Assembly (NCBI RefSeq): GCF_030028105.1
Contig: NC_092384.1
Location: forward strand, 17,057,629-17,121,628
Direction: 5' to 3'
DNA from: Mobula birostris
Lineage: Eukaryota
Length of the DNA stretch: 64,000 bases
This document shows, piece by piece, positions 1 to 14,100 of this stretch (positions within the stretch are counted from its first letter, which is position 1; every line of letters starts with the position of its first letter). The notes beneath the pieces are model-generated. The model worked only from the letters and a program-made list of their open reading frames with translations, had not been told where the DNA came from and ran no database searches. The position numbers and the translations under genes are program-made.

Positions 1-740
1 CCCTGGTTTAACTAACCAAAGCACAACACTTCGCAAATGTCTGAGTTATATTCTATCTGCAATTGCTTGCCCTACTTTCGCAGTTTATTGTCGCAGTTAT
101 CTTTCAGTCTAATATACCACCAATTTCGTTGCACTCCAAAATTTATTACCGAAGTTAAAAAATATTTTCATCTGAATATTTTGGAGATGACAAACAATAC
201 TAGAACTGGAACCTACCTGTTCAGTACACCACTAGTTGCAGGCGGTCATTCTTGATATCAATTTTCTACTGTCACCGTCTGACTCCCTCTACCAAACCAA
301 CGTTGTGTTCTTGTGCTCAGGTGGCTGGTTCACCCTGGCTCCAATGTCATCTAGTTTTCTATGGAGGCCTGCCATACGGGACCTTGCAAAAGTCAATAAG
401 GGACAATTCCAGTTGCTGCACTCAGCAATTTTCTTCATCACCTCTTCAAAGCAACTCAATCAACTTTTTGTAAGAGATTCCAAATTATATATCCATTTTA
501 CGGTCACTATTTCAAACTTTGTCTCTCCAAATTGTGATAGATTCTCTCTCTCCAATCCCCTGCAGTATCTTTTCACGCACCAATGTTGGGATCGCCAACT
601 TGAACTCTCCTCTTGTCCTTGCAAATCTTCTTAAATAAATGCACATTTGTCACTCTCCAATGCTGCCGTAATACAGTCCTAGTTAATGACGATACTGATA
701 TCTTTGAAATAGGCCTTACAATTTCTCCTCACGCTTCTCA
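1..740 (-). mobile_element. Old CR1-clade LINE, degraded RT fragment
   Basis: The reverse strand reads through frameshifts as WRVTNVHLFKK..YHNLERQSL..EEVMKKI..ATSGV, the CR1 RT region seen intact elsewhere in the window. Confidence 0.7.
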
Positions 741-1559
741 CAATGTCAAAAGATACACTTGATTAGGTGCCGTCTGTTCATCACATGGACTGTATTTTTA
801 CACCGCGAGCACCCCGTTCCCCCCACGTTTCCGTTTTTTTCATGTGCATCTGTTAGAAAATAATTTTTCCCCCCACCTTAATCCCTTACGATCCCTGATT
901 TTTAACACAGTGATGGGAAATAATAATTTACAGCCGGGTCATTGCGATTTCTCGGTGCCTATTTCCCCATTTCCTCTTGCTTTATATTCAGAAGTTGTAT
1001 CATGCTAGCTGTGTGCTTTCATGATTTCATTCAGGTGCACTATAATAGAGCTTATATTTCTCTCGCGAATTGCTTGAACCCGTTTCCTATAGATGAGGCA
1101 GATGTCCTTTCTTCGAAACATTGTTTCAATGTTCTCGTGAACCGGAATTCTCTAATCCTGTTTGCCTTGCCATTCTCTCCACCAGTATCACTCATGCATA
1201 TTAGTGGCAGTTAATAGAGGGCATCGCCTTGAAATAAGAGAGCAAGAATAAATAAGGTTTTCGAAGCAGGTACATCACGCAGTGGTACAAGAGAGTGTTG
1301 ATTTAATCACAAGAGTTAAAGGGCATTCAAACATGCCCACTAAGAGGCAAAAAAGTGCGATGTAGTCCACGTCCGATCATAAAGAATTATGATCAATACA
1401 CACATCATTGGTCGAAAGGCATTTTCCAGTGCTGTACTTGAATTACTTAACGGTTAAGATTAAACAACGGGCTCTAGCTTATATCGTTTATAAGCAGTAA
1501 ATCGGGAAGGACTAGAATATAGGTAACGCCCCGTGCGAATTCGGAACGGCCCTAGGGCG

Positions 1560-2045
1560 ACATGTGGAAGTGGTAAAGGACTGAATGAGAAGGAATCTGA
1601 CAGGAGAGGATATTGGACCATTGGAGAAAATGAAGGAGAAGCAGCATCAAAGCGAGGTGAGGCGAAGAGAAGGGATAAAAAGGGACCCAGAATGGGAAAT
1701 AGAAAACGATGAAAAGTGTACGAGAGAAATTACTGAAAGTTGGAGAAATCATTGATCATATCAGCAGGTTGGAGGCAATAGAGAAGGAATATAAATCCAC
1801 CTATCAAATGCCATCTCTTTACCTCCCCCTCCCCCCACTAATCACCTGCCAGTTTATGCGCCTTTCCCTCCCCTATCTCCTTTTTGTGACTTCATTCCCC
1901 CTTTCTTTCCAGTCATGAAGAAGGATCTTACTCCGAAACATCGACTGTCTGTTTTTCACCATTGATGCTGCCTGACCCACTGAGCTCCGGTAGCACGTTG
2001 TGGGCTTTCCTCGGGTATCTGCAGAATTTCTTGTATCCAAGGCAT
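1560..2045. mobile_element. Penelope-like element 3' fragments in opposite orientations
   Basis: 1560-1795 resembles the reverse of the PLE C-terminal coding end; 1800-2040 carries the PLE 3' end (cgaaacatcgactgt..gatgctgcctgaccc..ctgcagaatttc). Confidence 0.6.
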
Positions 2046-2141
2046 CGACATAGCCTTGACCATGTGACTTCATAAATAATGGTCACCTGCTTATAATATC
2101 CTATGAATTTCTATCTTTCAGGTAGACCACTCTCATTGGCA

Positions 2142-2196
2142 ATGTCGTTGGATGCAAACTTTTCGTGTTTGGCTCTTCTCGCCGCGTTTTGGCCAG
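2142..2196 (+). CDS. Leader (signal peptide) exon
   Basis: MSLDANFSCLALLAAFWP+G, phase-1 donor CAG|GTACGC. An upstream acceptor (ctttcag|, 2121) implies an earlier 5' exon; a candidate donor is CAG|GTACAT at 1269/1270. Conserved in the paralog at 32408-32462. Confidence 0.85.
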
Positions 2197-5100
2197 GTAC
2201 GCTTAATTTTTAGTGCCCAATCTAAGAATCAAATATGCTATAACATTATACATTTGATACCCGCAGCAAATTTAGCAAATATCCATTGTTCTGCCTATTT
2301 TGCCTGTTGATTCTTTGTACAGTGTGTGCAACTGTCTTCATCATTTTCACTTATGCTTTGTCAGTCGCAAAAGTGACTTCGGCCAAAGTGGAACAATTCC
2401 CTCCAATCTTAAAAGTCCCAATCGGTGGAAATGAATCCATGTTCTGCAAATTTCCAATATTACAAGATACTGCTGAAGTTTCGTGGTGGAAGGCGGGTCA
2501 AAAGGCATTTATAGAACCAGACAGCAGAAATCAGTTCAATGTGAAGAAAGGCAGGGGGACATTTACCCTCCTGAATGTGAGATATGCGGACGCCGGCTTG
2601 TATTACTGTCAAGTGAAAAGTCAACAACAAATATTCGGAAATGGAAATGGCTCTCAGCTTATTGTGTTAAGTAAGTGTCTTTATTCCTGGAAGTAGAAAA
2701 TTTTCATCGCTTTGCATTTTGGCAAAAGCAAGATTGCAGAAATGTTGTGAAATGGTATTGCTGGTTTAAGATTTGTGCCACTAGTATGCTTTATACCTTT
2801 TAAAAAAGAAAAATATCATTTTGGCCTTTTTTTCGGATTGTTCTGTTTATTACTTCGATGTGCTTCTGGAGATTGGTTTTTGCTCCACTTATTATTTGGA
2901 CCGTTACTATTTCCAACCATATCTTTGTTATGCCCATATTCCTACACAACGCCCCACCCTGTGCCGCCTTGACCTATTCCTCAACGAGCCCTAACAACTT
3001 TAAACAATCAAAAGCTTTAAACAGCGGATGAACTGAACCACTGAATTTTTAGACGACAATTTGATTCCGGTTAGCTCATTCGATATAGGGAGCTGTAGAC
3101 AAGTTGCGTTGAAAGCAAATCACAAGCCAACTAATTCAAAGCGAAGCATTGTCGAGGTTAAACGACATTCGCCCATTCTTCATCCCGCTTTTATACATAT
3201 CGACGTATTTCGCCGATTTCGATCCAGTAATTGCTTAAACGCATAGCTACAAATATTTATAAGTAATTAATAAACATCGTTCAGTCTGCCAAACTCTCGA
3301 AGAACTTTTGTGGAACGGGGAACATAGAAATACCGTAATCAACAGTTCGGTAAATTCACTGAGGAACATATTCACCTTCCATCTGAAGCCCAAAAGCAAA
3401 CAAAGCCACTTAATTAATATAACCATATAACCATATAACAATTACAGGACGGAAACAGGCCATCTCGGCCCTTCTAGTCCGTGCCGAACTCTTACTCTCA
3501 CCTACTCCCATCAACCTGCACATTCCTTTCCTGTCCACATAGCTGTCCAATTTAACTTTAAACAACACCGAAACTGCCTCAACCACTTCTGCTGGAAGCT
3601 CGTTCCACACAGCTACCACTCTCTGAGTAAAGTAGTTACCCCTCATGTTTCCCCTAAACTCTGAACTCATGTCCTCTTGTTTGAATCTTTTCCACTCTCA
3701 ATGGAAAAAGCCTATCCACGTCAACTCTATCAATCCCCCTCATAATTTTAAATACCTCTATCAAGTCCCCCCCCCCCGCCTCAACCTTCTACGTTCCAAA
3801 GAATAAAGACCCAACTTGTTCAACCTTTCTCTGTAACTTAGGTGAAAATTCTAATAATTTTGCTCTGTACTCTCTCTATTCTGTTGACAACTTTCCTATA
3901 ATTCGGTAATCAAAACCGTACACAACACTCCAAATTTGGCCTCACCAATGCCTTGAATAATTTGAACATTACATCCCAACTCCTATACTTAATGCTCTGA
4001 TTAATAAAGGCCAGCATACCAAAAGCTTTCTTCATCACCCTATCCACATGTGATTCCACCTTCAGGGAACTATACACCATTATTACTAGATCCCTCTGTT
4101 CTATTGCATTCTTCAATGCCCTACCATTTACCATGTATGCCCTATTTTGATTAACCCTACCAAAATGTAACAATTACTGGACGTATGCGTAAAACCTGCA
4201 CAATGAGAAACAACGCTTGCTCCGTTGCTGCTCCACAATGCCGATCCTATAGAAACCAGCATAGTTGTGCAGATTCACTGACTCTCATTTTGCGTTAATA
4301 CAAAATTGAGCAATGAAGAGGCAGAAGTTGGAACAAACATTGTCTGTTTGAAGAAGAAATGAAGTCAATCCCAGCACACGTTAAGTCTACCACGTTCATT
4401 CCAAACAGGTGTGCGTTCCCCACCTGTCTGTCATGTTTATTTGCCCACTGAAACAATTAATAACTGACAAATTCATGGGATTTCAAACCACCGCAATGAT
4501 AGCATTGAGAGTGGTAGCGTAAGACAGAGAATACGTTCGATCAAATAATAGCTAAATATTCTACATCGGTGTTATTATTTTGTAGCTCCACCGACTCCTC
4601 TGAAAATCATTCGTGTTGAAGAAGTATCATCTAAATCCCGGAAACTCATGTGTAAAACTGCAGCATTTTATCCTAAGAAATTAGACATCTTTTGGCGAAA
4701 GAATAATATGGAAATTCTCACCAAAATAGAAACGTCAATACATGAGATTTCAGAAGGATTTTTTGAGGCTTCCAGTACTTTGGAAGATGCGCAGCCTGCT
4801 CAGGGCAAAATGCTTTACACCTGTCTGGTAACTCACGAAACGCTCCAAGTTCCTGCCAGTTTCAGCTATATTATCGAAGAAGGTAAGACCAGAAGCATTT
4901 AAAGCAAACTTCGACCTGAATGAGAATATGCCTGGAGAGCTGTAAAATCACGAGAAAGAAAATGTGAAATCTCACTTTTTTTCAAAGGGGTAAAGTTAAC
5001 ATGTGTACCATTTTTACATTATTTACAGCCTAACGCATGCAAGGAAATGTGTGTGTCAACGACAAAGGTAGAACAAGGAAAGAGATCATGATGAGGGATT

Positions 5101-8100
5101 TTGAGCAGCTAGGGACTAACCTGAAAAGCATAATCGAAAAAAGTGGTAATGTCTAGATTACTACCTGAGCTACGTGCAAATTGGCACAGGGTTAAGAAGA
5201 TTAGACAGTTAAATTCGTAGCTCAGAAATTGGTCTGGGAGAAGTGGGGTTGAATTCATGGGTATCTGGCACCAGTATTGAGGGAGCTGTTCCATTCGGAC
5301 GGGCTCCACCTGAACCGTGATGGGACCTGGCTCCTGGCGAATCACTTAACTAGGGTTGTGGATAGGGTTTTTAAGGTATGTAGCATGGGGGTTGGTTCAG
5401 CAGATTGGAGAAGTATGGATTAAGTAAAAGTGAAAAGTGTGGATAACGATAAAGTAAAAGCAAAAGATAAAAAAAAGCAAAGTGAGGGTAGAATGCAGAA
5501 AAGTAAAGCACATAAAAGACAAAGATCACTAGATTTTAAAGGCACAATGCCTGTAAGGGCATTTTATCTGAATGCTCTTGCTATCCGGAACAAGGATAGT
5601 GAACTTGTGGCACAAATCAGTATAAGAGCGTATGATTTAGTGGCCTATACAGAACCGTGGTTGCAGAATGGAGATAACTGGGAATTAAATACCCAAGGAT
5701 ATCAGGAATACGGGAGGATAGGCAGGAAGGTAACGGAGGTGGGGAAGCGCCCTAAATTAAAGATGAGAGCAGGGCGATAGAGAGAGACAATATAAGATCT
5801 CAGGAGCAGAATGTTGAATCCGCCTGGGTAGAGATTAGGAATAGTAAAGTGAAAACAAACGTTGGTGAGAATTGTCTATAGGCCACCAAATAACACAATT
5901 ACAGTGGCACGGGCAATAATCCGAGAAATATCAGAGACATGTAAGAATGGAATAGTAAGTATCGTGGACTTTAACTTGCACATGGATTAGGTGAATTAAG
6001 TTGGTCGAGGCAGTCTTGAGGAGGACTTGCGAGAATCCATACATGCTAGCTTTCTTCAACAGCATGTTGCTGAACCTACAAGGGAACATGCTATCTTGCA
6101 TCTAGCGCTGCGCAATGAGACAACTAAAATTACCAATCTTGTAGTTGGGGATCCTCTTGGAAAGAGTGATCACAGCATGACATTCTTATACACATGTAGG
6201 GCGCAATAATTCGATCTAACCTCAGTATATTATACCTACAAGGGCGACAACAAAAAAGATGAGAGAAGAGATGGATAATGTCAATTGGGAGCACAGGCTA
6301 TATGGTGGGACGTTTGAAGAACAGTGGAATACTTTCCAAGAGATTCTTCACGATGCTCAATAGCAGTATATTCCAGTTAAAAGCAAGGACAGTAAGTGCG
6401 GGGAAAGCCAGCCTTGGATAACTGAGGAAATTAAACAATAGACAATAGGCAATAAGTGCAGGATTAGGCCATTATGCCCTTCGAGCCAGAACCGCCATTC
6501 ACCGTGATCATGGCTGATCATCCACAATCAGTAACCAATACTTGTCTTATCCCCATAACACTTTGATTCCGCTATCTTTAAGAGCTCTATCCATCTCTTT
6601 CTTGAAAGCATCCAGAGAATTGGCCTCAACAGCCTTCTGGGGCAGAGCATTCCATACACTCACCACTCTCTGGATGAAAACGTTTTCCCTGAACTCCGTT
6701 CTAAATGGCCTACCCATTATTCTTAAACTGTGGCCTCTGGTTCTGGACTCATCCATCAGCGGGAACATGCTTCCTGCCTCCAGCGTGTCCAATCCCTTAA
6801 TTTTATATGTTTCAATAAGATTCCCTCCCAGCCTTCTAAATTCCAGAGTATACAAGTCCAGACGCTCTAATCTTTCGACATATGACAGTCCCGCCATCTC
6901 GGGAATTAACTTTGTAAACCTACGCTGCACTCCCTCAATAGCAAGAATGTCCTTCCTCAAATTTGGAGACCAAAACTACACACAGTACTCCAGGTGTGGT
7001 CTCACCAGGGCCCTGTACAGCTGCAGAAGGACCTCTTTGCTCTTATACTCAATTCCCCTTGTTATGAAGGCCAGCATGCCATTAGCTTTCTTCACAGCCT
7101 GCTGTACTTGCATGCTTGCTTTCAGTGACTGATGTACAAGAACACCTAGATCTCGTTGTACTTCCCCTTTTCCTAACTTGACTCCATTTAGATAATAGTC
7201 TGCCTTCCTGTTCTTACAACGAATTTGGACAACCTCATATTTATCCACATTAAACAGCATCTGCCCACTCACCCAGCCTGTCCAAGTCACCCTGCATTCT
7301 CATAACATCCTCCTCACATTTCACACTGCCACCCAGCTTTGTGTCATCGGCAAATTTGCTAATGTTACTTTTAATTCCCTTATCTGAATCATTAATATAT
7401 ATTGTAAACAGCTGCGGTCCCAACACTGAACCCTGCGTACCCCACTGGTCACCGCCTGCCATTCTGAAAGGGACACATTAATCGCTACTCTTTGTTTTCT
7501 GTCAGCTAATTTTCAATCCATGTCCGTACTCTGCCCCCAATGCCATGTGTCCTAATTTTGCCCACTAATCTCCTATGTGGGACTTTATCAAAGGCTTTCT
7601 GACAGTCCAGGTACATTACATCCACTGGCTCTCCTTTGTCCATTTTCATAGTTACATGAAGGCATCAAAGAAGGCATCAAACTAGATGCTAGTGCGTAGA
7701 AAGTGACCACGAGTAGTGAGAAATTGGAAGACTGGGAAAGTTTAAAAAGCAACAAAGAACCACTTAGCAAGAAATGAAGAAAGGGAGGATAGATGATGAA
7801 AGTAAACCAGTGTAAAATATTAAAACGGACAGTCAAAGTTTGAATAATTATATAAAGCGGTGTCCAAAGTGAACGTAGGTCCCTTGGAGGACGAGAAAGG
7901 GAATTGATATTGGATAATGAGCAATTGGCTAAGGCCTTGAATGACTATTTTGTGTCGGGTTTCACCGTGGAGGACACGCCTAACGTGCCGAAGAGAGATG
8001 CTATGGATGCAATGGGAGGTGAGAACCTCGATACAATAGCTATTACTTAAGAGGTAGTGCTGAGTAATTTTGTGGGTCAAAAGATGCACAAATCTCAAGG

Positions 8101-11100
8101 TACTGAAAGAAATAGCAGAGATTATAGTTGTGCTCTGGTGAGAATTTACCAAAATTCACTGGACTCTGGTCAGGTCCCGGCGGATTGGAAGAAGGCGAAT
8201 GACATTCGCCACTGTTCAATAAAAGATGTAGAGAAAAAGCAAGTAACTATAGGCCAGTTGATTAACACCTGTAGTTGGGAAAATGCATGAAGCTGTATTT
8301 AAATAAGAAATTGCGAAGCATCTCTGAAGAAATGGATCCATCAGGCAGACTCAGCATGGGTGAAGCAAAGGCAGGTCCTGTTTGACTGGAGCTTTTTGAC
8401 GATATAACAAGTGCAGTAAATAGAAGGGAGCAGATGGACGTTATAAACTTAGATTTATAGAAGACGTTCGGTAAGGTGCCACATAAAAGACGTATCCATA
8501 AGATAAGAATGTATGGAGTAGGGGGTGATGTATTAGCATGGATAGAGACTCGGCCAGCAAGTAAAAAGCAGATAGTTGGGATACACGTGTGTTCCTCTGG
8601 TTGGCTAGCAGTGGTGAGCGGTGTGCCAGAGAGGTGCAAATATTCACAATATACATGAATGATCTAGAAGAGGGGACCGAGCGCACTGCATCTACGTTTT
8701 GCTGATGACACTAAATTGAGTAAACAAATAAATTGTGCAGAGGATATGGACAGTCTGCAGAGAGATATAGATATGTTTAGTGAGTGGGCAAGAGTCTGGC
8801 CGGTAGAGTACAATGTTGGTAAATGCGAGGTCATCTACTTTGGAAGGAGAATGGAAGATCAGATTATTATTTAAATTGTGCAAGGTTGCAGCGTACTTCT
8901 GTGCTGGGAGTGTTTGTGCATGGATCGCAAAATGTTGATGAGCAGTTGCAGCAGGCTATCAAGAAGGCAAATGGAATGCTGGCCTTCACTGCTGGAGGGA
9001 TTGAATTTGAGAACAAGGAGGTTATGCTGCTGTCTAAGTCGCATGCCATCTTGGTCAATGTCTCCCATCCACTACATAATGTACTGGGTGGGCACACGAG
9101 TACATTCAGCCAGAGGCTCATTCCACCGAGATGCAGCACAGAGCGTCATAGGAAGTCATTCCCGCCTGTGGCCATCAAACTTTACAACTCCTCTCTTGGA
9201 GGGTCAGACATCCTGAGCCAATAGGCTGGTCTTGGACTTATTTCATAATTTACTGGCATAAATTACATATCACTATTTAACTATTTATGTTTCTATAACT
9301 ATTTATTATTTATGGAGCAACTGTAACGAAAACCAATTTCCCCCGGGATTAATAAAGTATGACTATGACTATGACTATGACTAACTGTAAAGGGTACTGG
9401 TGAGGCCGCATCTAGAGTACTGCGTGCAGTTCTGGTGTCCTTACTTGATGAATTATATACTGGAGGCAGTGCAGAGGATGTTCACCAGATTGATTCCGGA
9501 GATGAGAGGGTTAAGCTATGAGGAGAGATTCAGTCGCCTGGGAAAGTTGTTTCCACTGATAGGTGAGACTAGAACTAGGAACATCGCCTCAAGATTCGGG
9601 AGAGTAACCATAGAATGGAAATTAGAAGGAACTTATTTTCTCAAAGAGTGATTAATCTGTGGAAATCTCTGCCCAATGAAGCAGTGGAGTCTACCTCACT
9701 AAATATACTAAAGACAAGGTTGGATATATTTTTGAAGAGCAGGGCAATTCAGCATTATGGGGAAAGGCAGGTGGATGGAGATGAGTCCCTCATCAGATCG
9801 GCCATGATCTTATAGGCTCGATGGGCCAGATGGCCTACTGCTGTTCCTATTTGTTATGTTCTTACGAAATTCCTGCATTCATTCATAGCCTATTACATAA
9901 CAAGCACTTGTATATATTAAAAAAAAATTAAATGAGAAAAAACACAAATGCCAAAAGAGGTATTTCGACAGATGTCGAGGTACATGGTCGATGAAGTAGA
10001 TTTTATCATTACTATTTTCCATGAGGAAATGTGAAAAAGGTAAGGTCTTGCGTGGAGTTCAACAAATCATCGGGAACATGATTTTCTGGTTGTAGAGTGG
10101 TGTTCTGCAGGGGCTGGTATAGGAACTATTTCTTTTCCCACGATATGTCAATAATTTTAATGACGGAATTGATCGCTTTGTGGCAATGGTTTCAAAAGAA
10201 GGTGGGGTAATATGAAGTATATACTCCAGCAGAATTAGTGTAATAACGACCTGTGGTAATGGCATGAATATTTACTCCGGAGTATAATGCAATTCCATTT
10301 CTTTTCCTATTAGTCCAACCCAGCTCTAGTTTCCTGAAGATTGAGATTTCTTTAAGACTGCCAGAAATTTCACAAATAAATATTGTGACCGGAAGATCTC
10401 TTTATAATGGCCACCACTTTTATTTCTATGTAATATTAGTGACACTGAAAGCAAATGACATGAATGTGATATTATATCGAATACAGTTCAGTTCCATTAC
10501 TTTCTTTATCCAATTGACCGTTGCATACGTTTGTGGAAAGTCAACTATTTTCCGTCGTGCACTTTTTCGCTAATCTTTAGTCATTTGTTGGATAAAAATC
10601 AAGATTTACAAATGGAAGATCCTGAAGAAATGAGTATTTGATAACCCTGGGTAAAATAATTTGAAAAATATATTTTACTTTGATAAAGTGTGTGTAAAGG
10701 ACACACAGTATGTTTGCATTAACTAAAATCTCAAGCGAGAAATAGAATATGTAATTAGAAGATCAGGAATGATGTGAATATTACCTTTTGCACGGTTATA
10801 TCAGCATGACAAAAGACAATTTTATGTAAGGTTGTTCAAAAGGCTCTGTGAATTGAGAATACAATACGTAGATAGGATTCTCGCTGAGAATATTAAGTGG
10901 CAGTTTCCTTCGGCCAGATGTAGATTCCTTGTCGTGATAAAAGTCGGTCCTGAGAGATGACTTCACTCTGTTGGTAGATCTTTGTAATTTCACCTCCTAG
11001 TATTGTGCATGAGTATTCATTGGAAAAATCCGAGATCGCAATCGTTATATTTCATTCAGTTGAGAATCGACGCAGCTGAACAGTGTAGGAGAAGATTAAG

Positions 11101-14100
11101 CAAAATTTTGGAAGTTGGTCACGTTTACAAATAGTCAAATCATATTTATGTTTCAAATGTTTATAAATGATATTTTACTACATCCATTGTTCCATATTCT
11201 GCTCTTTTTTTAACTATTTGCGCAGTCCTACGTCTTTTGCTACCTCTGCATTTAAAACTGGAATTCTCTCGGCAAGTGTCTTTCTTGCATTACTTAATCT
11301 AAACCTGCCCGTTTGTACCCCCCCCCCACGGTTTTAATCAGGTATCTTGTCGCTTCTCATACATGGTTCGGATTATGTTTTTTAATATTCTATTAATGCA
11401 TCTTGTAAAGTTTTGTGAAAGTAAAAAGTCATTTTCTCTTGTTTGCCAGTGGGATCTACTGAGACAGTTTTCGAGTGACAGTTTGAAAAGAAACGATGTC
11501 ATTTCGAATCTGCCATCAAACTATCCACAAAGACATCGTAAAAAGATAAACTCTCTTAATTCAAATAAAAAAATACTTACGGTAAAGAACTAAAACACAA
11601 ACAAGAGAATATCTGTAGATGCTGGAACTGCAATCAACACACACTAAATGTTGCAGGAACTCAGCAGGCCAGGCAGCACCAGTCCTGCCAAGAGTCTCGC
11701 CCGAAACGTAGACTACTTTTCCCCACAGCTGGTGCCTAGCCTGCTGAGCTCTTCTGGCATTTCGTGTGTGTTGCACTGGAAAGAACCACGATGCAAGATT
11801 ATCTGTTCGCTCCATAAGTCCCATCATCACATTAAAACTCGTGTCATACTGCGTCTCTTGCCTGAATTACCAATTAAAATGCTCTAATTTCTTGTCTCAC
11901 GGTCTCTGTAAATTTATATAAGTTTCACAGCTTCTTCTTTTTTTTTTTACATGGTCCAGAACACAAGAATAAACCTCTGATTCTTGGATGTGCATTGGGC
12001 GGAGTGGCAATTGTAATTCTGATTATAATTTTCGTAACAAGCGGAGTTAACAGAAAACGGTGGTAAGAACATGAATGATTTGACAAGCATTTCAATTTAT
12101 TACCTCTACAGATTGAAAAGAGAGATGATAATGAAAGAATCAAGATTTCCAAGACATTACCCAGTTCACATTGGGCAATGCTAATTATAAATAACAATAT
12201 AATTTTACATTCCCGTTCAAGTTATCCGATCATCCCTCGCACCTACGATTTTCAGTCACTTGGGGTTTGGGTTTTCAGGCCGTGACTTCCAGCGGCGAAT
12301 TTACACAAGTAATAATAATCTTACTGCTGTAGTTTCGTTGTTTTGAGATATAACATTCTGATACTATAATGCCGCCACTCTGCTCTTTCAATCAAAATCT
12401 ATATCCACCACATTCATAAAGGGTCATGCACAACACATTTCATGGCCACAATGTGCGCTGATACTATTTTGAATATCTGTCAAGAGTTGCAACTTTCGGC
12501 AAGAAATATGATTGCAATCCAATGCGCAACTTTAAATTTTCTACCATTACCGTTATTATTTAAGTTGTTGTATAATTTTAAACCCATTAGCCATTAAAAC
12601 AATTTCTGAGGAAGCAAGTCAGAGCGGAGAATTTGTAGGTGAAACAGCTTTTATTTTTGCTTCTGAGAACGATATATTAGAAACATAGAAAATCTACAGC
12701 GCAGTACAGACCCTTCGACTCACAAGGCTGTGCCGAACATATCCTTACATTAGAAATTACCTGGGATTACCCATAGCCCTCTACTTTTCGGAGCTCCATC
12801 TATCTGTCCAGGAGTCTCTTAAAAGATCCTATCGTTTCTGCCTCCACCGCCGCCGCCGGCAGCCTATTCCACGCACTCACCACTCTCTGAGTGAAAAAAA
12901 AACTACCTATGACATCTCCTCTGTACCTACTTCCATGCACCTTAAAACTGTGCCCTCTCGTGGAAGCCATTTCAGCCTTGGGAAAAAGCCTCTGACTACC
13001 CACACGATCAATGCCTCTCATCATCGTATACACGTATATCAGGTCACCTCACATCCTCCGTCACTCCAAAGAAAAAACGCCGAGTTCACTCAACCTGTTC
13101 CCATAATGCATGCTCCCCAATTCAGGCAACATCTTTGTAAATCTGCTCTGCAATCTTTCTAAGGTTTTCACATCATTCCCACAGTGACGTGACCAGAACC
13201 CAGCATAGTACTCCAGGTGTGGTCTGACCTGTTATCAATATAGCTGCAACATTACCTCTTGGCTCCTAAACTGAACTGCACGATTGATGAAGGCCAATGC
13301 CCCGTATGCTTTCTTAATCAAAGTGTCAACCTGCGCAGCAGCTTTCGGTGTCCTACGTATAGACTCGGACCCAAATTTTCTTCTGATCCTCCACACAGCC
13401 AAGAGTCTTAGCATTAATACTACATTCTGTCATCACATTTGACCGACCAAAATGAACTACCTCACAGTTATCTGGGTTGAACTCCATCTGCCACTTCTCA
13501 GCCCAGTTTTGCATCCTATCAATGTCTTGCTGTAACCTCTGATAGCCCTCCACTAAATGCACAACACCTCCAACCATTGTGGCATCAGCAGACTTACTAA
13601 CTCATCCCTCCACTTCTTCATCCAGGTCATTTATAAAAATCAGTAAGTATAGGGATCCCAAAACAGATCCCTGAGGCAAGCCACTGGTCACCGACCTCCA
13701 TGGAGAATATAACCCGTCCTCAACCACTCTTTGTCTTCTGTGAGCAAGCCAATTCTTGATCCACAAAGCAAAGTCCCCTTGGATCCCATGTCTCCTTACT
13801 TTCTCAAGAAGCCTTGCATGGAGTACCTTGTCAAATCCCGTCCCCATTGATGATGCAAATATCATCGCCAGAGGCTCACCAGTCTCCTCCCTCGCCTCCC
13901 GCAGTAGCTTGGTGTACATCTCGTCCGGTCCCGGTGACTTATCCAATTTGATGTTTTCCCAAAGGTCCAGCACATCCGCTTTCTTAACATCTCCATGCTC
14001 ATGCTTTTCAATCCGCTGTAAGTCATCTTTACAATCACTAAGATCCTTTTCTGTGGTGAATATTGAAGCAAAGCAGTCATTAAGTACCTCTGCTATCTGC

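Larger units (their letters stand above)
5107..9870 (+). mobile_element. Long CR1 LINE (ORF1 end, APE endonuclease, RT, 3' end) interrupted by younger inserts
   Basis: APE motifs (LNALAIRNK, YDLVAYTEPW, GKSDH) at 5430-6210; RT/C-terminal pieces at 7660-9030 and 9380-9870. Confidence 0.85.

Noticed and set aside
906-945. CACAGTG heptamers (906 and about 37187) as RSS
   Set aside because: No ACAAAAACC-like nonamer at 12 or 23 bp, and they are not adjacent to any V or J coding end.
6542-7132. Long ORFs antisense to LINE, PLE or LTR sequence (e.g. 6542-7132, 13756-14403, 21152-21754, 24321-24929, 43018-43491)
   Set aside because: Shadow frames of transposon coding or low-complexity repeat sequence; not host genes.
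12112-12190. Acceptor tacctctacag| just after the TM exon
   Set aside because: The intron would be only 49 nt and splicing makes TGA at the junction.
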